DNA of 63,945 nt, the filler included, from Lama guanicoe (lineage: Eukaryota), in assembly GCA_013239625.1 (NCBI GenBank). It is 82 parts of 79 records of this genome, joined end to end, with 100 filler letters (N's around TTAATTAATTAA, not from the genome) between each part and the next. Parts side by side here need not be neighbours in the genome. Positions count along the whole stretch, not along the records: positions 1 to 449 come from PNXV01015278.1; positions 550 to 1,358 come from PNXV01015280.1; positions 1,459 to 2,145 come from PNXV01015281.1; positions 2,246 to 2,731 come from PNXV01015283.1; positions 2,832 to 3,406 come from PNXV01015286.1; positions 3,507 to 3,947 come from PNXV01015287.1; positions 4,048 to 4,511 come from PNXV01015288.1; positions 4,612 to 5,160 come from PNXV01015289.1; 74 more parts are not named here. One strand, 5' to 3'. Both the position numbers and the translations under genes were made by a program. This document shows positions 1 to 11,944 of this stretch, one piece after another. Numbering within the stretch: position 1 is the stretch's first letter; each line of letters starts with the position of its first letter. Under the pieces are notes generated by a model, which saw nothing but the letters and a program-made list of their open reading frames with translations, did not search any database and was not told the DNA's origin.

Positions 1-449
1 GTGTTAAGAGACGACAGTCACAGCGACACGGGGAGCAAAGACACTTGCAACAAAGTAAAATGATTTCACAAATATTGCATCAGAGCTGCAGGTGTGAGAG
101 AGCGTAAGCCTGTCTCAGAGTGCAGGGGGCAAGAGAAAAGGAATGGTAACATTAAAACTGACAATTGAAATTTTGTTAAATAGCCTGCTACCCTTAATTT
201 TATCACTTGAATGTATGCAGGTGTATTTCTATGAGCATTTATGGGTTCACACAACCCCACCAGCCACTCTTGCTCCCATCTGGGATGGGCTTTCTCAAGC
301 ACAGTGCCCCTCCTGCTTGGGTGGGCCACGCTGCGGGTCCTTGCCTGGGGCCGGACGATGGGTACAGGACACTGAGTCCCCAAGGCATGGCCTGGGAGAA
401 ATGACAGGAAAATCTCTGCTCTTGGCTGAGGGCCTCCTTTTCCCCCTGC

Positions 450-549
450 NNNNNNNNNNNNNNNNNNNNNNNNNNNNNNNNNNNNNNNNNNNNTTAATTA
501 ATTAANNNNNNNNNNNNNNNNNNNNNNNNNNNNNNNNNNNNNNNNNNNN
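450..549. other. Artificial scaffold-joining linker N44-TTAATTAATTAA-N44 (first of about 80 copies)
   Basis: An identical 100-bp unit separates unrelated sequences throughout the window. The palindromic core has TAA stops in all six frames. Confidence 0.98.
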
Positions 550-604
550 TTTCCCCTCAGTGTTTCCATTTATAAGAATTCATTATACAAAAGTACATGT
601 CTTT

Positions 605-862
605 AGAATACAAACTTGCGGTGGCCGGGGGAGGGGAGTGGGAAGGACAAGACTGGGAGTTTGAGGTTTATAGATACCGACATATAGTGAATAGATAAAC
701 AAGTTATACTGTATAGCACAGGGAAATAAATACAAGATCTTGTAGTAGCTCATGGTGAAAAAAATATGAAAATGAATGTATGTGTATATATATGTATTCA
801 TGTATGACTGAAAAATTGTGCTGTACACCAGAAATTGACACAACATTGGAAATTGACAAACA
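605..862 (+). mobile_element. L1 3' UTR end, 5'-truncated (camelid-like subfamily)
   Basis: Typical L1 tail motifs: ATACTGTATAGCACAGGGAA and TGCTGTACACCAGAAATTGACACAACATTG. Confidence 0.85.
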
Positions 863-1458
863 ATTTTCATAAGTGTACATATGTCTTTAAGATCACAGCA
901 TAATATGTAATAAACAAAGATTGGGACGCTTTATATAGATAATTGTTTTTAAATCATGGTTCTTTTATGAAATGGAATAATTTGTGGTTGATAATAAGTA
1001 TATAAATATACATGTGTTGATGTAGAAAAAAGTATGTTCATGCTTACATTTAAATGAACTTTTTTAAAATTGTAATTGTCTCCTCTAACAAAAAGTATAA
1101 ACAGCAAAAATATAGCCATTTTCAATCACTCTCTCAATGTCTTTATTATGTTTATGTGTTATATTTATAATTAAAACCCATCTCCCACATGGTTCCTCCA
1201 GCCACAAAGGCCCGTTTTTCCTTTTGCGTTTCTTGTCATGCATAATTGCTTAAGTCAGAATATGTCCAAGATTCATCTCTTATCTCTCCCCCTGTTATTT
1301 ACTCAATTCCATGTCTGCCTAGGTTGCTCAAAAATGTATTCCCCTCTTCATTCCCAAGNNNNNNNNNNNNNNNNNNNNNNNNNNNNNNNNNNNNNNNNNN
1401 NNTTAATTAATTAANNNNNNNNNNNNNNNNNNNNNNNNNNNNNNNNNNNNNNNNNNNN

Positions 1459-1650
1459 TACAACAAAAATAATGTAAAATATTTATTAATATGTTTTAAA
1501 AGTGTCAGTCACACTTTTGAAATGATAGTGTATTGATATTTTGGGATAAATGTAATTATTACTGGAATTAATTTCACTTGTTCCTTTTTATTTTCTAAAT
1601 GGGATTACTGGAAAATTGTGACTTGCACTATGTTTCTATTGACAGTGCTG
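1459..1650. mobile_element. hAT-Charlie MITE relic (MER3/MER33-like)
   Basis: AATTAATTTCACTTGTTCCTTTTTA...TTTCTATTGACAGTGCTG resembles a MER3/MER33 end (recognised from memory). Confidence 0.55.
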
Positions 1651-1699
1651 GCTTCTAACTTATTGCAAATAATATGAAAAGAAAACTTTGATTAAAAAT

Positions 1700-2135
1700 T
1701 TTGTAATTGAGTAGTTGATTTGATTACATCATATTCAGGTGTACAAAAGAGAGGCTCAACATTTTTATAGATTATATTCCATTTAAAGTCACCATAAAAT
1801 AATGGCTATATTTCCCTGTGCTGTATGATACAGCCCTGTAACCTAACCATTTTATACATAGTACTTTTTACCTCTCAATCCCCTGCCCCCTTCCTGTCTC
1901 CCCTCTTCTTCTCCCCATTGGTAACCACCAGTCTGTTCTGTGTAACTGTGAGTCTCTTTCTGTTTTATTATAGTCATTAATTTGTTTTATTTTTAGATAT
2001 ACATTTAAGTTAATACATAGAATATTTGTTTTTCTTTCTCTGACTTATTTCACTTAGCATAATACACTGCAGGTCCATCCATGTTATTGCAAATGACATT
2101 ATTTTAATTTTTAATGGCTGAACAGTATTCCATTT
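1700..2135 (-). mobile_element. L1 3' end
   Basis: TCTGACTTATTTCACTTAGCATAATAC...GGTCCATCCATGTT...TGGCTGAACAGTATTCCAT is an antisense L1 3' UTR signature. Confidence 0.85.
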
Positions 2136-2469
2136 GTGTGTGTGTNNNNNNNNNNNNNNNNNNNNNNNNNNNNNNNNNNNNNNNNNNNNTTAATTAATTA
2201 ANNNNNNNNNNNNNNNNNNNNNNNNNNNNNNNNNNNNNNNNNNNNTTTTTTTTTTTACATTTATATCACAATTTCCTGGACACTGGATATGAAGGGTGGA
2301 AATAGCCTACAGTTGTCTGACTTCAAGTTTTTGACCTTAGCCCACAGGTAAATGACAGTGCCAGGTACTGTAGTCGGGAAGCCTAGGAGAGAACCAGATT
2401 TGAGGGTAGGGTAAACATGCAATTTGTGAATCTGTAACTTTGAGACACCTGTTTTTCCTACATTGTTTT

Positions 2470-2731
2470 GTGTGGTAGCCTCTGGTACTTAGCAGAGACC
2501 AAATTTTACATTTTATTTAATCTACTGAAGTTAAACTTAAATTTAAAGCTGCTACTCAACTCACTGAAAAATTTTCCTTGTATTTGGATCAAATTAGGTT
2601 GTGACTCTACTTTCTGAACTGCAAATTTTATAAAATCCAATACAGATCAAGTAATTGATGAAAATCTAGTATCTGAATTGGGTATCTTTTAAGTGTAAAA
2701 TACATGCTAGTTTTCAAAAATTTGATTTGAG
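2470..2731. mobile_element. Charlie/MER33-like DNA transposon relic, preceded by an L2-like piece
   Basis: TACAGATCAAGTA...GAAAAT...TAAGTGTAAAATACA matches a remembered MER33/Charlie1 core. Confidence 0.55.
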
Positions 2732-2831
2732 NNNNNNNNNNNNNNNNNNNNNNNNNNNNNNNNNNNNNNNNNNNNTTAATTAATTAANNNNNNNNNNNNN
2801 NNNNNNNNNNNNNNNNNNNNNNNNNNNNNNN

Positions 2832-3406
2832 AGGTCATGAGAATTTCTCCAGAGTCAGGCAGAAACACTACACTGTTGCTTGCGGGGAGCCGCTCGTGAC
2901 GGAGGGCTGCCGAGCACAAACTTGGGCGTAAAACCCCAAAGTGCAGGGCGCCAGGCTCTGAGATTGAGGCTGCCGAGCACAAAGGATGGGCCTAAACTCA
3001 AACAGTGCGGGGCGCCCGGCTCAAAGGTCAATTGAGTTAGAACAATCTCTGTCCCGCCACCACTAAAGAATGCACCAGGTGCGCCTATGCCTGAGGAAAT
3101 ATCCTGAGCTATTAAGTCACAAAGGACCTTCAGAGGGAGAGATACAATCGGCACACAAGTCAGTGATCTTTTTAGAGAACAATCAATCACCTGAGTTAGA
3201 TATATACGAGTCACGATGCTAGTTTATAGTCACGATGTTAAGCTTAGAGAAACAATACCTAAGTTTATGACTTTGGTTTTATGATCCTGATAGTTGATCC
3301 GGGTTTTTGGGAACAGTAAACAATAATGATGTCTTTAAGTTAATGATTTTAGTACATGTTGTTAATGTACCCTAAAACAATACCGTTGCCTACGTGCAGG
3401 AATGTA
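2832..3406. mobile_element. Possible ERV LTR/leader fragment with a ~63-bp tandem duplication
   Basis: Retains CpGs. GGCTGCCGAGCACAAA...GGGCGCC.GGCTC occurs at 2905 and 2968. No protein motif is recognisable. Confidence 0.35.
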
Positions 3407-3679
3407 NNNNNNNNNNNNNNNNNNNNNNNNNNNNNNNNNNNNNNNNNNNNTTAATTAATTAANNNNNNNNNNNNNNNNNNNNNNNNNNNNNNNNNNNNNN
3501 NNNNNNTGGGTGGATATGGGGGCAGAGGTATGATGTAAAAGCAGGAGACATGGACTGCAGACCATGAGAAGGGGGCTAGCCCAGGCTGGTCACATAACCC
3601 CCTTAGCTTTGACTTTATCATCTTTAAAGTGGGACAGACTCTTGTGAGGTGAGCAGGATCCTGACCCATAGCCAGGCAC

Positions 3680-3848
3680 TGTCCTACACTCCTTAGAGAA
3701 GCTCACTGACTCCTCATGAAAATCTGTGGGGCAGGGACATGCATTATCACCCATTTCTGCAGAAGTAACTGAGGCAGAGAGAGAACAGCTGAGGTGACCA
3801 CCCCAGATTACAGAGCCCAGGTCATCTGGTTCCAGTGTCCAGGCTCAT
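3680..3848. mobile_element. MIR SINE relic
   Basis: ATTATCACCCATTT...AACTGAGGCAGAGAGAG is the MIR core. Confidence 0.6.
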
Positions 3849-4047
3849 TGTCAGTGCCCATTCTGGGTTTTCCTCCTCCCTTCATCCTCCACTGGGAACC
3901 ATGGCCGCAGCCTCATCTCAGTGTGATTGTTCATGGGGAGCAGGGTGNNNNNNNNNNNNNNNNNNNNNNNNNNNNNNNNNNNNNNNNNNNNTTAATTAAT
4001 TAANNNNNNNNNNNNNNNNNNNNNNNNNNNNNNNNNNNNNNNNNNNN

Positions 4048-4511
4048 GTTCTGCATTCCATGTTCTTAATACTGGGTTCAATATTCTTTATTCTCTGTTC
4101 TGTATTCTGTGTTCCTCATTCTATATCCTAAATTCTACATTCAGTATTCTGTATTCTATATTCTAAATAATGTTTTCTGCATTCCATGTTCAAAATTCTA
4201 TATCCAGTATTCTGTATTCTATATTCTAATACCTGTTTTCAGCATTCAATGTTCTAAATTCTATATTCAGTATTCTTTGTCCTATATACCAAATTCTGTG
4301 TTCTGCATTCCATGTTTAAATTCTGGGTGCTGTATTTTGTTTTCCATATTCTATATTCTGTGTTCTAGATTCTATATTCTGTATTTTATATTGTACATTC
4401 CGTATTCTATTTTCTATATTCTGTGAATCTACATTCTCTATTCTAAATTCTATATTCAGTAGACTGTATTCTATATTTAAAATTCTGTGTTCTGCATTCC
4501 ATGTTAAAATT
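4048..4511 (+). repeat. AT-rich heptamer (TTCTATA-like) satellite, family A
   Basis: Degenerate 7-mers TTCTATA, TTCTAAA, TTCTGTG, TTCTGCA, TTCCATG, TTCAGTA. Confidence 0.95.
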
Positions 4512-4861
4512 NNNNNNNNNNNNNNNNNNNNNNNNNNNNNNNNNNNNNNNNNNNNTTAATTAATTAANNNNNNNNNNNNNNNNNNNNNNNNNNNNNNNNN
4601 NNNNNNNNNNNTGAGCTGCGGGACTTGAAGGGTTACAGAATGGTACCGAGGCAGGTCTGCCACCTCTGGGTGCCCCAGAGGTTAAGCTTTTTCTCTCCAA
4701 CACCGCTACCACCCTCCCCTCTCCATATCCCTCCCTACTCTCTGCTCATCCTGTCCATCTGTATCCCTCCACTTTTCCCCTCTGCTCCACCTGCTCCCAA
4801 TTCTACCTCCCTCGCTGTCCCACCTTCTCTCACAGAACTCAGAGAGGATCCCTGGCCCTCC

Positions 4862-4873
4862 TGCGCATGCGCA
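4862..4873. promoter_or_regulatory. NRF1 consensus site in a GC-rich putative promoter
   Basis: Perfect palindrome TGCGCATGCGCA. A possible donor AAG|GTGGGG lies downstream at 5008/5009. Confidence 0.6.
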
Positions 4874-5260
4874 GTAGTGCCAGGTGGTCCGCTGGTTGGA
4901 AGCTCCATATCCGAGCCGGGGATCGGGCCCAAAGGCTTCTCAACTCTGTGGCCCATTAGGCCTTTGGTTCCTGCCTGGGGCTGGGGCCTCTGACTGTGGA
5001 AGTGCAAGGTGGGGGGCTCCCGGGAAAGGGATCAGGCGGCTGCGGGAGGGCGGTCAGCCTGTCACAGACCCATTGTGTTAAGCTGAATTGCCCAGGCCAG
5101 CCCCTCTCACAGCGCCACCTGCCCAGGCGCCCCGGCCACAGCTGTCCAGGGCCAGGTGTGNNNNNNNNNNNNNNNNNNNNNNNNNNNNNNNNNNNNNNNN
5201 NNNNTTAATTAATTAANNNNNNNNNNNNNNNNNNNNNNNNNNNNNNNNNNNNNNNNNNNN

Positions 5261-5705
5261 TTTTCTATATTCTGCATTCCGAATTCTATATTCTATTTTC
5301 AGTGTTCTAGATTGTATATTCGAAATTCTATGTTCCGTATTCTGTATTCAATATTCTAAATTCTGTGTCCTGCATTCCATGTTTTAAATTCTGGGTGCTA
5401 TATTCTCTACTCTATTCTATATTTTGTGTTTTTCATTCTTTATTCTACATTCTATATTCTGCATCCCGTATTCTCTATTCTGTATTATGTGTTCTACATT
5501 CTGTATTCTAAATTCTATATTCTGTATTCTGTATTCTAAATTCTGTGTTCTGCATTCCATTTTCTAAATACTGGGTTCTCTATTCTGTATTCTCTATTCT
5601 ATTTCTGTGTTCTACATTCTATATTCTTAATTATTTATTCAGTATACAATACTCTGTATTCTATATTCTATGTTCTGCATTCCATGTTCTATATTCTATA
5701 TTCAT
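5261..5705 (+). repeat. Heptamer satellite family A
   Basis: Same 7-mer vocabulary as 4048-4511. Confidence 0.95.
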
Positions 5706-5805
5706 NNNNNNNNNNNNNNNNNNNNNNNNNNNNNNNNNNNNNNNNNNNNTTAATTAATTAANNNNNNNNNNNNNNNNNNNNNNNNNNNNNNNNNNNNNNN
5801 NNNNN

Positions 5806-6279
5806 CCAAGTGGGCTTGTGCTGGATCATATTGTAGTTGTATTTTTAACTTTTTTAGGAACTTCCATTATACTTTCCATAGTGGGCATAACAACTTACCT
5901 TCCCACCATGTACTAGGGCTCCCTTTTCTCCACATCTTTGCCAACATGTATTATTTTTTGTCTTGTTAACAATAGCCATTCTAACAGGTTTGAGGGGATT
6001 TCTCATTGTGGACTTGGTGTGCATTTCCCTAATGATTAGAGATGTTGAGCATCCTTTATTTTCATATGTGGCCATCTGTGTGCCTTTTTTTGAAAAATAC
6101 CTGTTCTGATCTTCTGCCTATTTTTTGATTGGGTTGTTTGTTTTGTTGATACTGCTATATGAGCTCTTTATTTATTTTAATATCAAGCCCTTATCAGACA
6201 TGTTATTTGCAAACATATTCTCTCATTCCATAGGTTGTCTTTTCAATTTGTTGAGTATTTCCTTCACTGTGTGAAAGCT
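5806..6279 (-). mobile_element. L1 ORF2 C-terminal relic
   Basis: [10 protein letters not shown]...PVRMAI...CW..CGEKG matches the L1 ORF2 cysteine-rich region. Confidence 0.92.
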
Positions 6280-8090
6280 NNNNNNNNNNNNNNNNNNNNN
6301 NNNNNNNNNNNNNNNNNNNNNNNTTAATTAATTAANNNNNNNNNNNNNNNNNNNNNNNNNNNNNNNNNNNNNNNNNNNNGGTTTCTGGGAACAGTTTATG
6401 GTAATTAACCAACATTGACAAACGGTGGGACACATTGCATTTAAGAGCTGGCCGGCTCTAAACTTGTGTATTGGAAAGGTGGATTTCATAGGCAAGTGGT
6501 CAGGTGGATGGGAGAGAGATGGAGCCAAGGCCTGGGCCCAGATTCCGGTTTAAATCGCCATTTCATCACCATAGGGCCTTGGACTAGAATGTAACCTCTC
6601 TTAACCTGTTGGTGAATATGTGAAATGGGCGCGATAATATTCGTTTCTTCCTGGGATTGTTGTAAATTCTAAAGAGTATTATAGCACACATGAAGCACTT
6701 AACAAACACTTGCACAGTGTTCACTGTGTGGCGGCCACGCTTGGCGTGTGTCAGAGCCGGAAAGGCAGCATATGTCTATTGAGGACGCACTGGTAGCCCC
6801 TTGGCTAGGTTGTGAATTTGGTGATGTGATTTAATCCTTAAAACTCTACGTGCCATGGGCAGTTATTTTCATGGACAGATGATGAATTTCAGGGTAAAAA
6901 AGACGGTTATTTGCCCAAAGTCAGACCATAATTTTGGNNNNNNNNNNNNNNNNNNNNNNNNNNNNNNNNNNNNNNNNNNNNTTAATTAATTAANNNNNNN
7001 NNNNNNNNNNNNNNNNNNNNNNNNNNNNNNNNNNNNNCTGAGCCCCAGCATCTGCGTGCGGGGCCTGCTGTGCCCAGGAGGGGCCCAGGAAGGCTGGCCT
7101 CCCCCACGGGGGGCTGTGGGCCTGGGACTTGGGAAGGTGCCCTGACCCTAAGTGGAGGGAGCCCCCTTGTCCCCAGTCTCCAGGGAGGTTGGTCTGGGGT
7201 CACCCTCCCACCACGAGAGAGGAGACCCTGGACGCTGTTGCCTGGCTGTCAGGCAACGCATCACCAAGCCCCAGGGTGATTTTGGGAAACTGCGGTGTTG
7301 GCGTCAGAATATGCGGGCAAGGTCACTGCTGAAGTGATTCCCTCCCCGGGGGCAGCGCCTGTGTCCAGCCAGGAGTGGGGGAAGGGGCAGGAGTGGAATC
7401 CCACCCCAGCTGGGGTCCCCGTGTCCTGCTGTCCCCAACCTGGTGGGCCTGGGCCAGCCTGGCGCCTTCCTGCATCCTCCACTGGGGGCTCCCCTCACTC
7501 CTACCTCGGCCTCCAGCCAGTGGGGAGCTAGGGGCCAGGCCATTCCCACCTGCACAGGTGACCCCACCTGGGGACTGGAGCTGACCCTGTCATCCTCACA
7601 GCCCTCCCCCCACCCCCAGGACCAGGGAGACCCTGAGCTTCACGGGCGTCAGAACTGCAGGAGCCCCCATGGGACCTCGGGCAGGACTGCCGGCACCCAC
7701 CTCTCCCCTGACCCTCATGCCTCCTGGACTGAGACAGGACCAGGGAGATCCAGGACAGCAGGGGTCCTCCCACCGTCTCACCCTGCGTCCACACCCTCTC
7801 CCGGTCCCAGCCCACCTGAGGGACCCCACAGACAGGCAGAGCCACGGAGGATGCGGAAGCTCTTTATGTGAAGCCAGGAGAGGGGTGGGGGGCTAGGGGA
7901 GGAAGTGGGGGGGCCAGAGGGGGCGGAGCAGCCCAGGCCCCCGGGACAGGACCCCTTCCATGTCCTCCACGACAGAGGGTCCCGGTGGGGNNNNNNNNNN
8001 NNNNNNNNNNNNNNNNNNNNNNNNNNNNNNNNNNTTAATTAATTAANNNNNNNNNNNNNNNNNNNNNNNNNNNNNNNNNNNNNNNNNNNN

Positions 8091-8364
8091 CAAGGATGCC
8101 ACTCTCACCATTATATTCAATATAGTTTTGGAAGCCCTAGCCACAGCAATCAGAGCAGAAAAAGGGAATCCAAATCAGTAAAGAAGAAGTAAAAGTGTCA
8201 TTGTTTGTGGATGACATGGTACTATACATGGACAACCCTAAAGAAGCAACCAGAAAACTACTAGAGCTTATCAATGAATCTGGTAATGTTGCAGGATACA
8301 AAATTAATATACAGAAATCAGTGGCATTTCTATCCACTAATAACCAAATAGCAGAAAAAGAAAT
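8091..8364 (+). mobile_element. L1 ORF2 reverse transcriptase fragment
   Basis: Encodes [47 protein letters not shown] (the FADD region). Confidence 0.93.
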
Positions 8365-8880
8365 TATTTAAGAGAACTCTGGAACAATATGAAGCTTACT
8401 AATATTCTCATTATAGGGGTACCAGAAAGAGAAGAGAGAGAGAAAGAACCTGAGATATTTTTTGAAGAGATACTAAACCCAAAGAGGAACACACCAAGGC
8501 ACATAGTCAGCAAGCTGACAAAAATTAAGGATAAGGAGAAAGTATTAAAATTAACCAGAGAAAAGCAACAAATCACATACAAGGGAACTCCCATAAGGCC
8601 ATCAGCTGATTTTTTGGCCGAAACTCTACAGGCCAGGAGAGAGTGGCAAGATATAGTTAAGTGATGAAAGAGAAACCTACAACCAAGAATACTCTGCCCA
8701 GCAAGGCTCTCATTCAGATTTGATGGCAAATTCAAAAGCTTCACAGATAAGCAAAAGCTAAAAGAATTCAGCACCACCAAACCACCAAACCACCAAACAA
8801 GCTTTACCACAAATGTTAAAGAAACTTCTCTAGTAATCAAACTATAAGAAAAGAACAAAAAGAAGAAAGAGGGGGAAAAA
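8365..8880 (+). mobile_element. L1 ORF1 C-terminal fragment
   Basis: NILIIGVPEREERE...TPRHIV...QITYKGTPIRPSADFLAETLQARREW matches ORF1p RRM/CTD. Confidence 0.93.
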
Positions 8881-9208
8881 AGACCTTCAAAAGATTACTT
8901 TGGCAGTTTAGAGTCTCTTATNNNNNNNNNNNNNNNNNNNNNNNNNNNNNNNNNNNNNNNNNNNNTTAATTAATTAANNNNNNNNNNNNNNNNNNNNNNN
9001 NNNNNNNNNNNNNNNNNNNNNAAAATAAATATTGATGTATAAAAGTTAAAAATAGCTAGGAGATCAGCATACCCCAGAATAGAATATAGAATGTGATTAA
9101 ATAATCTAATTATATTCAAAGGTATGTAAAACCTCACTGAAGGGAAAAAGACCTAAGAAACTTTGATATGAGTGGAATCTGTGAGATTAACCCAACACAA
9201 TTAACAAA

Positions 9209-9597
9209 ATGGCAATAAGAATATATGTATTGATAATTACATTAACTATAAAGGGATTAACTGCTCTGACCAAAAGATACAGACTGACTGGATACAAAAA
9301 GAAGACCCATATGTATGCTGTCTACAAGAGACCCACTTCAGACCTAGAGGCACATGCAACCTGAAAGTTGGGGATGGGGATGGGGAAAAAAAACTCCATA
9401 CAAACAGAAACCAAAAAAATGGAGTAGCAATACTTCTATCTAACAGTATTAACCTTAAAATAAAGACTGTTATGAGAGTCACAATAGGATTCTACATAAT
9501 ACTCAAGATACCAATCCAAGAAGATATAACAACCATAAATATATATGCACCCAACAAATGAGCACCTCAATATATAAGGGAATTTTTAACAAACATA
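9209..9597 (+). mobile_element. L1 ORF2 endonuclease-domain relic
   Basis: Contains CCLQETHF-like (TGCTGTCTACAAGAGACCCACTTC) and NIYAPN-like (AATATATATGCACCCAAC) motifs. Confidence 0.9.
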
Positions 9598-9829
9598 NNN
9601 NNNNNNNNNNNNNNNNNNNNNNNNNNNNNNNNNNNNNNNNNTTAATTAATTAANNNNNNNNNNNNNNNNNNNNNNNNNNNNNNNNNNNNNNNNNNNNAGG
9701 AACTTGCATATTTTCTTCATTTTCAAGATTTCTGCCCATCTGTGATTGATGCCATCTGAGAGCATGTACACAAGAGTGGAACTTTTGTTCTGATTTTTAA
9801 GAATCTTTGTGCTTATTTTGTTGGGGTTT

Positions 9830-10140
9830 TTTTTATTGAAATGTAGTTGATTTATAATGTTAGTTTCAGATGTACAGCATAGTGATTCAGTTATACATAC
9901 ACATACATATATATTTTTTCTTTTCAAATTCTTTTCTATCATGTTATTACAAGAAACTGAATATAGTTCCCTGTGCTGTACAGTAGGTCCTTGTTGTTTA
10001 CCTATTTTAGGTATAGTAAATTTATAGTATATACATATATATTTTTACATATAGTAAATGTATATATATAATTTTATATATACTATATGTGATGTACCTG
10101 TTAATCCCAAACTCCTAATTTATCCCTCCCCCACCATCTC
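9830..10140 (-). mobile_element. L1 3' end
   Basis: AATATAGTTCCCTGTGCTGTACAGTAGGTCCTTGTTG, an artiodactyl-type L1 tail. Confidence 0.85.
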
Positions 10141-10519
10141 CTCACTACATGTGAAGTTAATGTCATGCAGATGCTTGCTAGCATCATGTTTGCCACCTGG
10201 ATATTTTGGTCTTTAATAAACTTTTGGATGTCCACTTCCAGTGCACAGTCTCGCAGTTGCCAGACTCTCAGGATATATTATATGTTAAAGAAGAGAAATG
10301 GTCATTGCCTTCAGGAAGCCTGGGTGGGGTTTTAATTATTCTTAACATTATGANNNNNNNNNNNNNNNNNNNNNNNNNNNNNNNNNNNNNNNNNNNNTTA
10401 ATTAATTAANNNNNNNNNNNNNNNNNNNNNNNNNNNNNNNNNNNNNNNNNNNNAAAAAAAAAAAAAAAACCCAAAAACCAAAAACCAAAAACCAAAAACC
10501 AAAACAAAACAAAAAACCA

Positions 10520-11341
10520 ACTCAATGTGGATTAAAGACTTAAAATACCTGAAACTGTTAACCTCTTAGAAGGAAACACAGGGGGAAGTGTTACTGACAT
10601 TGGCCTCGGCGATGATTTCTTGGAAAAGATACCAAAAGCACGTGCAACAAAAGGAAAAAAATGGAATAAGTTGAACTATATGAAACCAAAAGGCTTCTAC
10701 TTGGCAAAGAGCACCATCAAAAAAATGAAGATAAAACCTATAGCTTGGGAGGAAATATTTGCAAACCACGTATCCAGTAAGGGGTTAATATCCCAACTAT
10801 ATAGGGAAATCATATAACTCCATATTAAAACAAAACAAAATAAAACAAAAACAAAAACAAAAAACCCAGTTATCTAACTTAAAAATGGGCAAACAATCTG
10901 AACAGACATTTTTTCCAAAGAACACATACAGATGGCCAACAGTGCCACTGAAAGGTGCTCAACATCACTAATTATCAGGGAAACACAAATCAAAACCACA
11001 ATGAGGTATCACTTCACACCTGTTAGGATGGTTATTACTAAAAAGACAAGCAATCGGAAGTGTTGATAAGGATGTAGAGAAAAGGGAACCATTGTGCACT
11101 GTTGGTGGGAATGCGGACTGACCCTGTCATCCTGGAAAACAGTATGGAGGTTCCATGGAAATTAAAGATAGAGCAACCATATGACCCAGCAATTCCACTA
11201 CTGGAGATAGATACAGACATAAATTTACTTTTTAAAAAATTATTTATCAGGTACTCAGAACACTATATATTATGCATACATATTCACCGCAGCATGATTC
11301 ACAGGAGCCAAGCCATGGAAAGAACCTAAGTGTCTGTTCAG
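10520..11341 (+). mobile_element. L1 ORF2 3' region relic
   Basis: Encodes WEEIFANH and PYDPAIPLL motifs. Confidence 0.92.
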
Positions 11342-11441
11342 NNNNNNNNNNNNNNNNNNNNNNNNNNNNNNNNNNNNNNNNNNNNTTAATTAATTAANNN
11401 NNNNNNNNNNNNNNNNNNNNNNNNNNNNNNNNNNNNNNNNN

Positions 11442-11944
11442 CCCAGGGACAGAGGCTGCATCCCCAAGGTAAAGGAAGGTATTTCTCGGAACTCCCCAAA
11501 CAGGGAACACCTGTGGCTGAAGAGAGCTGCGTGGAGTTGTCTCTCGAGCTCCCCCACGCACTGACAATGGTTCCGGAATCCTGAGCGTGGGGAGGTTCCA
11601 CCAACGGTCGGCAGCGCGTGGGTTCNNNNNNNNNNNNNNNNNNNNNNNNNNNNNNNNNNNNNNNNNNNNNNNNNNNNNNNNNNNNNNNNNNNNNNNNNNN
11701 NNNNNNNNNNNNNNNNNNNNNNNNNNNNNNNNNNNNNNNNNNNNNNNNNNNNNNNNNNNNNNNNNNNNNNNNNNNNNNNNNNNNNNNNNNNNNNNNNNNN
11801 NNNNNNNNNNNNNNNNNNNNNNNNNNNNNNNNNNNNNNNNNNNNNNNNNNNNNNNNNCAAGGGTTCCCCTGAGCGTGTTGAGGTTCCACCAACGGTCGTC
11901 AGCGCGTGGGTTCTAACCGAGTGCCTAAGCTCGTCTCCCCTGAG
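11442..11944 (-). repeat. 267-bp GC-rich satellite, family B
   Basis: Reverse complement of the unit at 22316-22789. Confidence 0.93.

Noticed and set aside
7038..7990. Many overlapping ORFs in GC-rich sequence
   Set aside because: Expected from low stop-codon frequency; no domain is recognisable.
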